DNA of 32,452 nt from a virus (Duplodnaviria > Heunggongvirae > Uroviricota > Caudoviricetes): the IMG/VR virus record IMGVR_UViG_2568526722_000001; one strand, written 5' to 3'. Below, in pieces: positions 17,735-26,198 of this stretch. The position numbers and the translations under genes are program-made. Under the pieces are notes generated by a model. The model was not told the DNA's origin, did not search any database, and saw nothing but the letters and a program-made list of their open reading frames with translations. Within the stretch, counting starts at the first letter, position 1. The number at the start of each line of letters is the position of its first letter.

Positions 17735-19564
17735 ATGAGCACTTCCGCATACAAGAGCAAAATTCGAACACTCCAGTGCGCGTTAAAAAACGGTGAATTT
17801 GAACCATTCATACAACATATCCGTTTTCCATACTTTAAAAATATAGAGCAGAATGCAAGGATCGATTTTCAGTTCCCTATAACGGCTTTAGTAGGAAAAA
17901 ATGGAACTAATAAAAGTTCTGTTATCAAAGCGCTATTTGGTTGCCCACATGGTAAAAATATAACTCGTTATTGGTTCACAACTGAAACAGATGAGTTTCC
18001 TGACCTAAAACTTGCTGATGGCAGTTCTCTTAAACCTAGATATATATATGGATATAAAAATGCTGATGGCCGTTTAGTTGAAATACTCCAAGCACGTATC
18101 AATGCTACCAAGAAAACAATCGATTATTGGGAAACAAGTCGACCATCTGTTGGTGATAACATGGAGAGTATTTCGGATGATCTGGGTGCTAATAGTAATG
18201 CAACCAGATGGAAAAAAATCAAGAAGGGATTGGTTTTCCTAGATTTCAGATCGGAAATAAGTGCATTTGATAGATGTATGTATCACTCTGATTTTAAATT
18301 AAGAAAGAAGAAGAGTGGTGTATTAATTACAAAGCAAGACTATATCAGAAGCAAATCTAAATATATAAAGAAAGCTTTTGATGAAAAGCTAAGTAATTTA
18401 AGACTCTGGGGGGCGGAAACCATTGTTAAAAATATAACCTTGGCGCCAGAACTAGTTGAGCACGTCTCATTTATATTAGGGAAAAAATATAAAGTCATTA
18501 AATTTCTTGAGCATCGGTTATTTGGAACCAGAGGAGGAACCGCTTTACTTTCAACTGATAAGTTGAACTATACAGAAGCGTTTGCTGGAAGTGGTGAATT
18601 TGCAATAGTTTCACTAATACTCAATATTTATTCGGCCAAACCTAATTCATTAATTCTTCTTGACGAACCAGAAGTTTCACTTCACCCTGGTGCACAAAAA
18701 AGGATGATGGATGTTCTGTACTCTATTGTTGAGCAGAAAAAACATCAAGTGGTAATATCAACCCATTCTCCTGTTATTGTGAACACTCTTCCCAAAGATG
18801 CCATTAAATTATTTGTTTTTGATGAAGAGAGTGAAACAGCTAAAATAGTTCAAAATATAGCACCGGATGAAGCTTTTATAGAGCTAGGGCATGATATTAA
18901 CAAGAAAACAATAATTGTAGAAGATAAATTAGCTAAAGCAATTATAGATAAAGCGATTAAAAATGATGAAAGATTAAGCTTATCATTTAGTGTAAGTTAT
19001 ATACCAGGTGGTTCGGAGACCATTTTAAGCAAGCATCTTCCCAGTTACGCTGTGGTAGAACGCAATGATATTTTGTTTTTACTTGATGGTGATAAAAACA
19101 AAAAAATAAAACCAGTAAGAATTAGTGAAATTGCTGATGCTGATTTAGTTAATACAATGTGCAAATATTATGGTTGCGAGTTAATTATCAATGCCAGTGG
19201 TAGTAATGGCAAAAAAAATGAACAAGAATCTAATAGACTCAAAAGGCAAGTGCTTGAGTATGCATTCAATAAAGTGCAGTATTTACCATTTGATACTCCC
19301 GAACAATTACTCATTGAAAAGGCAATTACGCCAAGTGAAAAAGAAATAATTGATTCACAGACCTGGAGTTCTAATGATCCAGAACTGTATAAGAATCAAA
19401 TAAGATTATTAGCGCAACACCTGTATGATAAAGAAGAAGTAAATGCAGAGGAAATTTTTTGCCTCCAACAAATGATGACCGCAAGACTTAAAAATGAATT
19501 GCCTGAATTTATAAAAATAAGAAAAATAATTACTCAGGCTCTTGACCGTGGTATCATTAGGTAG
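17735..19564 (+). CDS. ABC-type ATPase with a C-terminal TOPRIM-like domain (OLD-family / GajA-like putative nuclease)
   Basis: Walker A (LVGKNGTNKSS); a long insert; signature-like AFAGSGEF; Walker B (LILLDEPEVSLH); H-loop (VISTHSP). The C-terminal region has an invariant-Glu motif (TIIVEDKLAKAII) and a DxD motif (LFLLDGDKNKK) as in TOPRIM. 609 aa, in an AT-rich segment. Confidence 0.7.
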   Translation: MSTSAYKSKIRTLQCALKNGEFEPFIQHIRFPYFKNIEQNARIDFQFPITALVGKNGTNKSSVIKALFGCPHGKNITRYWFTTETDEFPDLKLADGSSLKPRYIYGYKNADGRLVEILQARINATKKTIDYWETSRPSVGDNMESISDDLGANSNATRWKKIKKGLVFLDFRSEISAFDRCMYHSDFKLRKKKSGVLITKQDYIRSKSKYIKKAFDEKLSNLRLWGAETIVKNITLAPELVEHVSFILGKKYKVIKFLEHRLFGTRGGTALLSTDKLNYTEAFAGSGEFAIVSLILNIYSAKPNSLILLDEPEVSLHPGAQKRMMDVLYSIVEQKKHQVVISTHSPVIVNTLPKDAIKLFVFDEESETAKIVQNIAPDEAFIELGHDINKKTIIVEDKLAKAIIDKAIKNDERLSLSFSVSYIPGGSETILSKHLPSYAVVERNDILFLLDGDKNKKIKPVRISEIADADLVNTMCKYYGCELIINASGSNGKKNEQESNRLKRQVLEYAFNKVQYLPFDTPEQLLIEKAITPSEKEIIDSQTWSSNDPELYKNQIRLLAQHLYDKEEVNAEEIFCLQQMMTARLKNELPEFIKIRKIITQALDRGIIR

Positions 19565-19587
19565 TGATTCTGGATGCAGAGGGAAAA

Positions 19588-20628
19588 ATGAAAAAAATCA
19601 AAGTGTTTGACTTCTTTTCCGGTTGTGGTGGAACCAGCCAAGGTTTCCATCAAGCTGGAATGGATATTGTTTTTGGCCTCGATTTCGACGTTGATGCAGC
19701 CAGTTCATTTCGTGCAAATTTCCCGCAGGCTGCTTTTATTAACTCGGACATTAGGTTAATCGACAACAATGCCATAAACAAGTTAGTAAAAAAACATCGT
19801 AATGATTACATTCTTTTTTCAGGATGTGCGCCTTGTCAACCGTACTCTAAGCAAAACTCAAATAAGAAAAATGATGATCCACGATTAGATCTATTAAAGG
19901 AATTCAGTCGCTTTGTAGAGCATTATATGCCTGATTTTATTTTTGTTGAAAACGTGCCAGGAATGCAAAAGTTTAACAAAAATGAAGGAACATTCATGAT
20001 GTTTTTAGAAATGCTTTCATCAAAGGGATATAGTGTAGATTATAAAGTAATGCCAGCTGCGTGGTACGGTGTACCACAGACGCGAGAAAGATTAGTGCTC
20101 ATTGCATCCAAGGATTTTTATGTCGCATTGCCTTCTCCTACACATGGGGTTGGAAATACTCCCTATTCAACAGTAAAGGACTGGATCGCTAATTTACCGA
20201 AGATAGAAGCAGGAGAAAAGCATAATAGTATTCCTGATCATGAAGCTGCACGCTTATCAGAGCTTAATTTACGTAGAATAAAATGCACTCCTGAAGGTGG
20301 AAGTCGAGAATTTTGGCCAGATGAATTGATTTTAGAATGCCATCGTAACCATAAAGGGCATACAGACGTATATGGACGTTTGAGTTGGGACAAACCAGCC
20401 AGCGGACTAACAACTCGTTGTATTAGCTATTCAAATGGACGTTTTGGACATCCAACACAAAATCGAGCAATATCGGTTCGTGAAGCAGCGTGTCTACAAA
20501 CATTTCCTTTGGATTATAAATTTATTGGTTCTTTGCAATCTCGGGCTCGTCAAATAGGAAATGCGGTCCCTCCGAAGATGTCTGAAACGATTGGAAAACA
20601 TTTGCTTAATATAATCAAAGCCTCCTAG
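19588..20628 (+). CDS. DNA (cytosine-5)-methyltransferase
   Basis: Canonical C5-methyltransferase motifs in order: I (FDFFSGCGG), IV (GCAPCQPYS), VI (ENVPGM), VIII (PQTRERLVLIA), IX (RAISVREAACLQTFPLDY), X (QIGNAVPP). Starts 23 nt after the ATPase stop; the track ORF begins earlier at a GTG at 19564. Confidence 0.9.
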   Translation: MKKIKVFDFFSGCGGTSQGFHQAGMDIVFGLDFDVDAASSFRANFPQAAFINSDIRLIDNNAINKLVKKHRNDYILFSGCAPCQPYSKQNSNKKNDDPRLDLLKEFSRFVEHYMPDFIFVENVPGMQKFNKNEGTFMMFLEMLSSKGYSVDYKVMPAAWYGVPQTRERLVLIASKDFYVALPSPTHGVGNTPYSTVKDWIANLPKIEAGEKHNSIPDHEAARLSELNLRRIKCTPEGGSREFWPDELILECHRNHKGHTDVYGRLSWDKPASGLTTRCISYSNGRFGHPTQNRAISVREAACLQTFPLDYKFIGSLQSRARQIGNAVPPKMSETIGKHLLNIIKAS

Positions 20629-20644
20629 GAGGCTTTATTTTATT
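20617..20644 (+). terminator. Intrinsic terminator at the end of the ATPase-methyltransferase cassette
   Basis: Perfect inverted repeat aaagcctcc / ggaggcttt with the methyltransferase stop codon TAG in the loop, followed by attttattg. Confidence 0.6.
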
Positions 20645-20661
20645 GTTATCCCCCCTAGTAG

Positions 20662-21093
20662 TTAATCGTGCTCACCAGACAACCTCCTGAAATTACTCTG
20701 GTAAAATGCCAGTACACGCTGCATAACTTCGCTTTTCCGGCACTCGCGACAGATTATATTCAGGCGCCTGTCGTAGCGGCGTATTTCTCCGTCTGGTAAT
20801 GACCAGATAAGGTCAGGATCAACCACAACCGTTTTTTTCACCTTTGCCCTGGATAGTTTTTTGCGGGCGTTTTGCCAGTCCTTACGAGCCTGCTCAGACG
20901 GGAATAATCCGTAGCCTGAATTGTAAACATCACCACTGGCGACCAGTTCTCTGGCGAGAGTGCTTATGTAATACCTTGATGCACCGGTTTTAGCCTCCAG
21001 AGCCCGTAACGTCTCGCGACCGCTCAGACGTACAAGTTCAACAACCTGCCCTTTAATTTTTTCCCGCTCTTCTGGTGTAAATACTTTTGCCAT
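20662..21093 (-). CDS. Hypothetical prophage protein of about 143 aa
   Basis: The ATG at 21093 has a GGAGG Shine-Dalgarno at -5 (MAKVFTPEEREK...). The C-terminal half is basic. No confident family assignment. Confidence 0.5.
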   Translation of the reverse strand: MAKVFTPEEREKIKGQVVELVRLSGRETLRALEAKTGASRYYISTLARELVASGDVYNSGYGLFPSEQARKDWQNARKKLSRAKVKKTVVVDPDLIWSLPDGEIRRYDRRLNIICRECRKSEVMQRVLAFYQSNFRRLSGEHD

Positions 21094-21108
21094 ATGTGCC
21101 TCCGGCAA

Positions 21109-21870
21109 TCACTTTTCCGACACAATACGACTGGAGGAATCGAAAATCTGTCGAACAATATCCCGGTGCTTGTTCAGCTCCCGCAGCGCGGCGCAGACTC
21201 GCTCCCACTTCTGGACATGATTTTTCGCCCGACGCAGTTCACGGTTTGCCATATGCAGCGATGGTAAAATCAGGTTATCCGCTTGCGTTTCAGTAAACGA
21301 TGGCAACGACTGCACAATGTCCGCCACAGTTTCTGTTTTAATATCTTCCTGTGTTGCAGCTTCCTGTACTGGTAACGCAACACCGGCTAGCTGAGGAAAG
21401 GCTTTACCATCTGTTTCCGCTACCGATGCAGCTTTCGGCTCTGCTGGTAAATTACCGCCCGGCATGCAGTAACGAAATTTACCGTTCTGATTAACGCGAA
21501 TCAGACGAGCTTTGCTGATTGCCATTGCCAGCGTTGAAGCCACTTTGCGGGATGTGGTACCGAACAACGTAGCCAGTTCATCCGCAGTTAGTGGACCACG
21601 TTGTTCAATCGTCGCAGTTAAATCGCTCTCTGAAATTTTCGCGACTGTTGCCGTGGTAGTTTCTTCCGGCAGTTCTGCCGGCGCTGGCTGTTCCTGCTGA
21701 ACGTTGTTATCAGCCACACGCCAGGTGTACGCGCTTTTATCAACGAAACCAGCCTTTTTCAGTTCCCATAGTTCGTTCAGCACTTCTTCACGGCTGATAT
21801 CAAGTCGCGCAGCAAGTTCTATGGATGTGGCTTTTCCCATTGCTTTCAGTGCGTCAAAAACAGTCTCCAT
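21109..21870 (-). CDS. Prophage protein with an N-terminal winged-helix-like domain (probable intact form of K-12 Rac ydaW)
   Basis: [43 protein letters not shown]... looks like a wHTH. It lies immediately downstream of the DnaC-like gene, as ydaW does in Rac. An alternative start at 21921 exists. Confidence 0.5.
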   Translation of the reverse strand: METVFDALKAMGKATSIELAARLDISREEVLNELWELKKAGFVDKSAYTWRVADNNVQQEQPAPAELPEETTTATVAKISESDLTATIEQRGPLTADELATLFGTTSRKVASTLAMAISKARLIRVNQNGKFRYCMPGGNLPAEPKAASVAETDGKAFPQLAGVALPVQEAATQEDIKTETVADIVQSLPSFTETQADNLILPSLHMANRELRRAKNHVQKWERVCAALRELNKHRDIVRQIFDSSSRIVSEK

Positions 21871-21892
21871 TAAATTTTTCTCCCGGTAAAAA

Positions 21893-22639
21893 TTACTTCG
21901 CAATTCCTGGCTGGACGACATTCGGACGCCAGCTCTCCCAGTTAAAATTCACCCATCGCCCGCCGTTCATGGTCATGCGATCCATAATCCTCTCGCCGAG
22001 CAATGTTTTCATGGCCTCATAATTCAGGTTTGTCAGCATCCCCACGCTGCGCATCGACGCTGTCCGGCGATCAACAATCTGGTGCAGCACCACCTGCTCG
22101 TTTTTTGTCTCGCGCTGAATGCCAATTTCATCAAGAACCAGCAGATCCACTTGGCACAGTTCCCGCAAAAATTTTTCGCCTGATTGCCCGTCGTCATAGC
22201 TGGCGTGTAGAGCACTCATGACATCAGCCACGGTAACCACAATCACTGTCTGGCCATCTTTCAGCAGGCGATTCCCGATAGCCGCCGCCAGATGGTTTTT
22301 TCCGGTACCAGGTTTTCCGCTGAACGCAAAATTTGTACACCCGGTCATCAGTTCATCAGCGATGGATTTCGCCTGACTCAACGCGTATCGCTGCCCTTCG
22401 TTCTGCACCTGGTAATTCGAAAACGAGCATTTGCGGTGCAATGGCTGGATGCCAGAGCGATTAAGAATTTTTTCCACCCGCAACTGACGATTCTGACGGT
22501 TGATCTCCTCACAACGTTTCTGGCCTTCGGAAAGTTGCCACTCGCGCCACTCCGCTACCGTCTTGAATGGCGCGGTTACATGTGACGGGGCCAGTCTGCG
22601 GATACGTTCAAGAACATCGCCTGTCGCAATATTTTTCAT
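21893..22639 (-). CDS. ydaV: DnaC-like replicative helicase loader (IstB-like ATPase)
   Basis: Walker A ([17 protein letters not shown]) and Walker B ([10 protein letters not shown]). At 248 aa it matches the length of Rac YdaV. Confidence 0.85.
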   Translation of the reverse strand: MKNIATGDVLERIRRLAPSHVTAPFKTVAEWREWQLSEGQKRCEEINRQNRQLRVEKILNRSGIQPLHRKCSFSNYQVQNEGQRYALSQAKSIADELMTGCTNFAFSGKPGTGKNHLAAAIGNRLLKDGQTVIVVTVADVMSALHASYDDGQSGEKFLRELCQVDLLVLDEIGIQRETKNEQVVLHQIVDRRTASMRSVGMLTNLNYEAMKTLLGERIMDRMTMNGGRWVNFNWESWRPNVVQPGIAK

Positions 22640-22645
22640 GGTCAG

Positions 22646-23434
22646 TTACCCCCTGAAGCCTGGCGGGATCGCACTATCCGGTAACGAGACGGTGTTAACC
22701 TGTCGGAGTAACGTCTCAGGTCGAACACCTTTCGGCGCGAACAAGCCCTGGTATTCATTGGCGATGCTGTGTCGAATCACCTGCTCAGGTGAAAAACCCT
22801 GCTGGCGGAATTTTTCCAGCTCCCGTATCGCCCCGTTAGCGCCCTGCTCCGTTCGAATCGGTTTTCGCAATGCCTGCCTGAACTGAACCCACTCATGCCA
22901 GAGTGTTTCCGGCAACCAGTCAGGCAGCTCGATAGCCTCCGGTTCGAATTTTTTAGACGCTCGTTTTTGGCGAGGGGGATTTAGGGGGAGATAAGTATTT
23001 ATATCTTCCTCTTTCTCTTCCTCTGGTAACGCTTTTTGATCCGTTTTTGTAACGCTGGCAGCGTTACCTTTTCGTTTCAGTTCTCGTATTTTTGTTACTC
23101 TCTCGTTTGTAACCGCCCGTTTTTTAGAGCTTTTCCCGTTATGGCGCTCAAAGTTAGGAAGCGACAACACACCATTAGTTTCGACCAGCCATCCAACCTG
23201 AATTAACGCATCAGCAAAACCAGCCATAAAAGTGATGCGATCTATTGCACTTTTTGTAACGCCGCGAGCGTTACACTCTGCGTTACCGTCTATCATTTGT
23301 TGATCCGCCCATGCCCAGAAGCGAATGACTTTCCCTAATGCGGCATCTGGATCAATATTCAGAATCTCAGCAAGCCTGAATATTTCCGGCTTATCCGGCG
23401 TAATAACTTCGAGCTTTATCCAGTTTGAAGCCAT
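22646..23434 (-). CDS. ydaU: Replication initiation/primosomal protein (DUF1376, DnaT-like; YdaU-like)
   Basis: Positioned immediately upstream of the DnaC-like gene. The N-terminal domain has a conserved-looking RFWAWADQQ block. Contains two of the three GTAACGC-N5-GCGTTAC palindromes. Confidence 0.6.
   Translation of the reverse strand: MASNWIKLEVITPDKPEIFRLAEILNIDPDAALGKVIRFWAWADQQMIDGNAECNARGVTKSAIDRITFMAGFADALIQVGWLVETNGVLSLPNFERHNGKSSKKRAVTNERVTKIRELKRKGNAASVTKTDQKALPEEEKEEDINTYLPLNPPRQKRASKKFEPEAIELPDWLPETLWHEWVQFRQALRKPIRTEQGANGAIRELEKFRQQGFSPEQVIRHSIANEYQGLFAPKGVRPETLLRQVNTVSLPDSAIPPGFRG
23049..23067. repeat. 19-bp palindrome GTAACGC-N5-GCGTTAC, copy 1 (inside the ydaU-like gene)
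   Basis: gtaacgc tggca gcgttac, with perfect 7-bp arms. An additional gtaacgc half-site lies about 20 bp upstream. Confidence 0.6.
23256..23274. repeat. 19-bp palindrome GTAACGC-N5-GCGTTAC, copy 2 (inside the ydaU-like gene)
   Basis: gtaacgc cgcga gcgttac, followed 5 bp later by another gcgttac half-site. Confidence 0.6.
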
Positions 23435-23447
23435 TTGTTTTCACCTT

Positions 23448-23466
23448 GTAACGCTCGCAGCGTTAC
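23448..23466. repeat. 19-bp palindrome GTAACGC-N5-GCGTTAC, copy 3 (intergenic, just upstream of the ydaU-like start)
   Basis: gtaacgc tcgca gcgttac, located between the ydaT stop and the ydaU-like ribosome-binding site. Confidence 0.6.
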
Positions 23467-23511
23467 ATTTAACTGATACCGAACAAAACAGTTCGGTACG
23501 ATTAATTTCAA

Positions 23512-23934
23512 TCAATGCACTACGACAGAATCGCTAGGAGAACCGCCGCCGCTGAAATGTGCTTTACGGTAAACGGCCTGGACTGCATCATCATGCGCAT
23601 CAATTGCCGTACTCAGTGCATCCTGTGCCGCCAGTAATGCACGGCGTTCCAGGGTATCGAAGATGCAGAGTCGGTGACGCAGCTCGCGAGGAAGAATTGC
23701 CAGAACCGCAGGGATCAGTTTCTGAATTTTTTCCCTTTGCGCATTCGTTTCACCTTTCAACCAACGATGATAGATATTCTGCTGATTGTTCCAGTCCTTG
23801 CCTGGTACCAGGGGCAATTCGCCGCCCCCCTGGCGCAGATATTCTTCAGTAATTGCGTTAGCGACCCACGCCTGCCCTTTTTCGGCTGCCAGGGCTAACA
23901 ACACTGATTCGATGTGCTCATGCTTGATTTTCAT
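23512..23934 (-). CDS. ydaT: YdaT (CII-like regulator of Rac)
   Basis: 140 aa (MKIKHEHIESVLLALAAEKGQAWV...), the same length as K-12 YdaT. Its start overlaps the ydaS stop (ATGA), as in the ydaS-ydaT operon. Confidence 0.75.
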   Translation of the reverse strand: MKIKHEHIESVLLALAAEKGQAWVANAITEEYLRQGGGELPLVPGKDWNNQQNIYHRWLKGETNAQREKIQKLIPAVLAILPRELRHRLCIFDTLERRALLAAQDALSTAIDAHDDAVQAVYRKAHFSGGGSPSDSVVVH

Positions 23935-24185
23935 GAATCAACTCCCATCAGCTTTTTCGTAGTAGTTTTATTTCTGCCAATAGTTAAAATTGCATCGGCA
24001 GAAAATAATCCGTTTGATGCATGAGCGATTTTTTCAGCGTAATTTGTTTCGCCGGTATATTCTGTGCGAGGCAATTTTCCGTTATCCATCCATTTGTAGA
24101 TTGCTCTTTGGCTGACACCACAAACGTCGGCCACAACAGAAACGCGAACAGTTTTGATTACATCTTCAAGTGTTTTCTGGTTCAT
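23931..24185 (-). CDS. ydaS: Cro-like HTH regulator (YdaS-like)
   Basis: HTH segment VADVCGVSQRAIYKWMDNGKLP. It is divergent from the repressor gene and first in the early-right operon. The start is uncertain: the ATG for MNQKTLED... is used; the track ORF extends to 24257. Confidence 0.6.
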   Translation of the reverse strand: MNQKTLEDVIKTVRVSVVADVCGVSQRAIYKWMDNGKLPRTEYTGETNYAEKIAHASNGLFSADAILTIGRNKTTTKKLMGVDS

Positions 24186-24264
24186 ATCATCCTCACAATG
24201 TGAACTTTGAGTACATGCTATAACAGAACTGACAGTACATTCAAGAGCGAATATCATTGAACTT
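24186..24264. promoter_or_regulatory. Divergent promoter/operator region between ydaS and racR (OR-like)
   Basis: An 80-bp interval between divergent regulator genes. It contains two direct AGTACAT motifs about 24 bp apart (near 24211 and 24235) and a short TTCAA...TTGAA inverted repeat. Confidence 0.4.
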
Positions 24265-24684
24265 ATGGTTCATGAAGATAAAGCGCGTAAAGAGTTCGCC
24301 AGTAGGCTTGCGCTAGCCTGTGAAAACGCTGGTTATGAACAACATGGAAGGCAGGCAGAAATTGCCCGTCGAATGAAATTAACACCAAAAGCGGTTAGCA
24401 AATGGTTTAATGGTGAAACAATTCCTCGCCGAGAGAAATTAAGGGAATTAGCAACACTCATTGGAACAACACCAACCTATCTTTTGGGAGAGGATACAGA
24501 AGAAAGTGGACAGATACGTTTCTATCAGGAGTTAAATCCAAGACAAAAAATCATCATTGACCTTCTGGACGAGCTCCCTGACAGTGAGACAGATGAACTT
24601 TTAAAAACTCTTGAGGAGAAAAAACAGAAGTACAATGCAATTTACGAAGAGTTAGCACGAAAGAAAAAACAAAAAGCCTCTTAA
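24265..24684 (+). CDS. racR: Prophage repressor (XRE-family HTH; RacR-like)
   Basis: HTH segment QAEIARRMKLTPKAVSKWFNGETIP. It is divergent from ydaS-ydaT, the position of RacR/cI. The length (139 aa) differs from my recollection of K-12 RacR (158 aa), so the symbol is tentative. Confidence 0.6.
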   Translation: MVHEDKARKEFASRLALACENAGYEQHGRQAEIARRMKLTPKAVSKWFNGETIPRREKLRELATLIGTTPTYLLGEDTEESGQIRFYQELNPRQKIIIDLLDELPDSETDELLKTLEEKKQKYNAIYEELARKKKQKAS

Positions 24685-24739
24685 ACCAGCATAAATCCGG
24701 TAGCGTCCCCCTCCGGGTTTGTGCTTCACTTTATCCCGT

Positions 24740-24805
24740 CTCATTTTTTTATACATAAAATGTACCTAAAGTACTTTACAATGATGAACACAAAGTACAT
24801 TATAT
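24740..24805. promoter_or_regulatory. Candidate OL-like operator/promoter cluster downstream of racR
   Basis: Recurrence of the same motif family as in the OR-like region: ATGTACC, AAGTACTTT and AAGTACATT within about 50 bp, in AT-rich DNA. It lies upstream of the plus-strand early-left genes. Confidence 0.35.
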
Positions 24806-24971
24806 ACCTACCAACCCACCCCGCCCCACAGAACGCCGGGCAATACTTCGAGTTACCAGGCAGTGGTCAGGGGTTAAGTAGCCAGCCCGAGGCGTATGAA
24901 CATGACGGCGGGATTCAAATTTTGCAGTGCAGCAGTTAGTTCCGCCACCCGGCGTTAAGGGGAGAGATAAG

Positions 24972-25061
24972 ATGGTGCATTACGAAGTAGTTCAGTATTT
25001 GATGGATTGTTGCGGTATCACTTACAACCAGGCTGTGCAGGCTTTACGCAGCAACGACTAG
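24972..25061 (+). CDS. ydaG: ydaG-like small ORF ending at an in-frame TAG after 29 codons (the frame continues 14 codons to a TGA at 25106)
   Basis: MVHYEVVQYLMDCCGITYNQAVQALRSND-TAG-DLWQAEVAIRSNKM-TGA. A read-through product would be 44 aa, the length I recall for K-12 YdaG. Confidence 0.35.
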   Translation: MVHYEVVQYLMDCCGITYNQAVQALRSND

Positions 25062-25116
25062 GATCTCTGGCAGGCAGAAGTCGCTATACGTAGCAACAAG
25101 ATGTGAGATTCGCAAA

Positions 25117-25272
25117 ATGCAAAAAATCGACCTCGGCAACAACGAATCCCTGGTGTGCGGCGTGTTCCCCAACCAGGATGGAACGTTCACTGCCATGACG
25201 TATACCAAAAGCAAAACATTTAAAACCGAAACTGGTGCGCGCCGATGGTTGGAGAAGCACACAGTAAGCTAA
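25117..25272 (+). CDS. ydaF: Small protein YdaF-like (51 aa)
   Basis: ATG at 25117, MQKIDLGNNESLVCGVFPNQDGTFTAMTYTKSKTFKTETGARRWLEKHTVS. Its 3' end overlaps the sieB stop by 4 nt (convergent). Confidence 0.55.
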   Translation: MQKIDLGNNESLVCGVFPNQDGTFTAMTYTKSKTFKTETGARRWLEKHTVS

Positions 25273-25757
25273 CGATTAAAACGTCTACTCCTGCTGTTCC
25301 AGAATAACTTCATAAAATGGGAGTATTTTTCGGTGACGAGATAATAAGAACAGTTTGCGCTATCACTCTGATGTTGAATGATGCCCTTCCGTTCTAATTT
25401 TTTCATAACCGGGTTACGGCAAGGAGAAGTGATAATAAGATTTCCTGTTTTAAGGAAATCTTTAAATACAGCGATTTCTTTCTCAGATAAACGAAGCAAT
25501 ACTCGTTGCTCTGGTAGTAATGAATAATGCTTTTGAATATGTGCTCGCAATCTTGAGAAGGAAATGGCGACCACGAAAGAAAAGGCAAAAACGATAATCT
25601 GAAAGAGCCAAGGTATTTCAGTATAAGCATTGAATGCGACAGTAAACTCTTTCGGTATCAGCCAGAGAGTGAGACCAAAAATGATAATCGTATACATAAG
25701 TCTTTCGAGTGGCTCGTTAGCAAAAAGTTTCAACAATGGAGTAAATACATCCAACAT
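25269..25757 (-). CDS. sieB: Superinfection exclusion protein SieB
   Basis: 162 aa from MLDVFTPLLKLFANEPLERLMYTIIIFGLTLWLIPKEF..., matching Rac/lambda SieB in length and membrane character. The track ORF extends further upstream, but the internal ATG gives the canonical length. Confidence 0.85.
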   Translation of the reverse strand: MLDVFTPLLKLFANEPLERLMYTIIIFGLTLWLIPKEFTVAFNAYTEIPWLFQIIVFAFSFVVAISFSRLRAHIQKHYSLLPEQRVLLRLSEKEIAVFKDFLKTGNLIITSPCRNPVMKKLERKGIIQHQSDSANCSYYLVTEKYSHFMKLFWNSRSRRFNR

Positions 25758-26198
25758 ATCAATAACTCTCAACTGTAAGGGTATTGAAATGTTAACACAA
25801 GCTCTCGCTGTAGGGGTATAGCCGAGACCACCGAAGCCCGGAGGTGGTGAAATAAAACCGGGCACAACACGAAGGCGCATTTCCGATATCCATAAAGAGT
25901 CGGTCTTGTCTGTTAAATTTAAATGGTGGGAGTGCGCCTCCGGTTGTAAATAACGACATTGCTGTGTGTAGTCCTGGCGGCATCAGTTTTTTTCTTGAAG
26001 TTCGGCTGATGTCCGCCCTTTTTAAAGTGAATTTTGTGATGCGGTGAATGCGGCTAAGCGCACGTGGCACAGTTAAAAGTCATGTTAGTCCTTATTGGTT
26101 TGGGTGGGAAAGCCGACTGTAATTGTTAACTGGTTGCAGTCACCTGGAGGCACCAGGCACCGCATCAACAAAGTTCATTTGTAAAAATGGAGATAATT

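Noticed and set aside
24721-24939. 72-aa plus-strand ORF downstream of racR
   Set aside because: It covers the AT-rich region that looks like an operator/promoter cluster, and has no ribosome-binding site and odd composition. More likely regulatory DNA than coding.
25044-25262. 72-aa minus-strand ORF
   Set aside because: It is antisense to the ydaG-like and ydaF small genes, whose products match Rac proteins I remember. Treated as a shadow ORF.
25792-26070. 92-aa minus-strand ORF in the sieB-kilR divergent region
   Set aside because: No ribosome-binding site, and it lies in what is probably a divergent promoter region. Not excluded, but unsupported.
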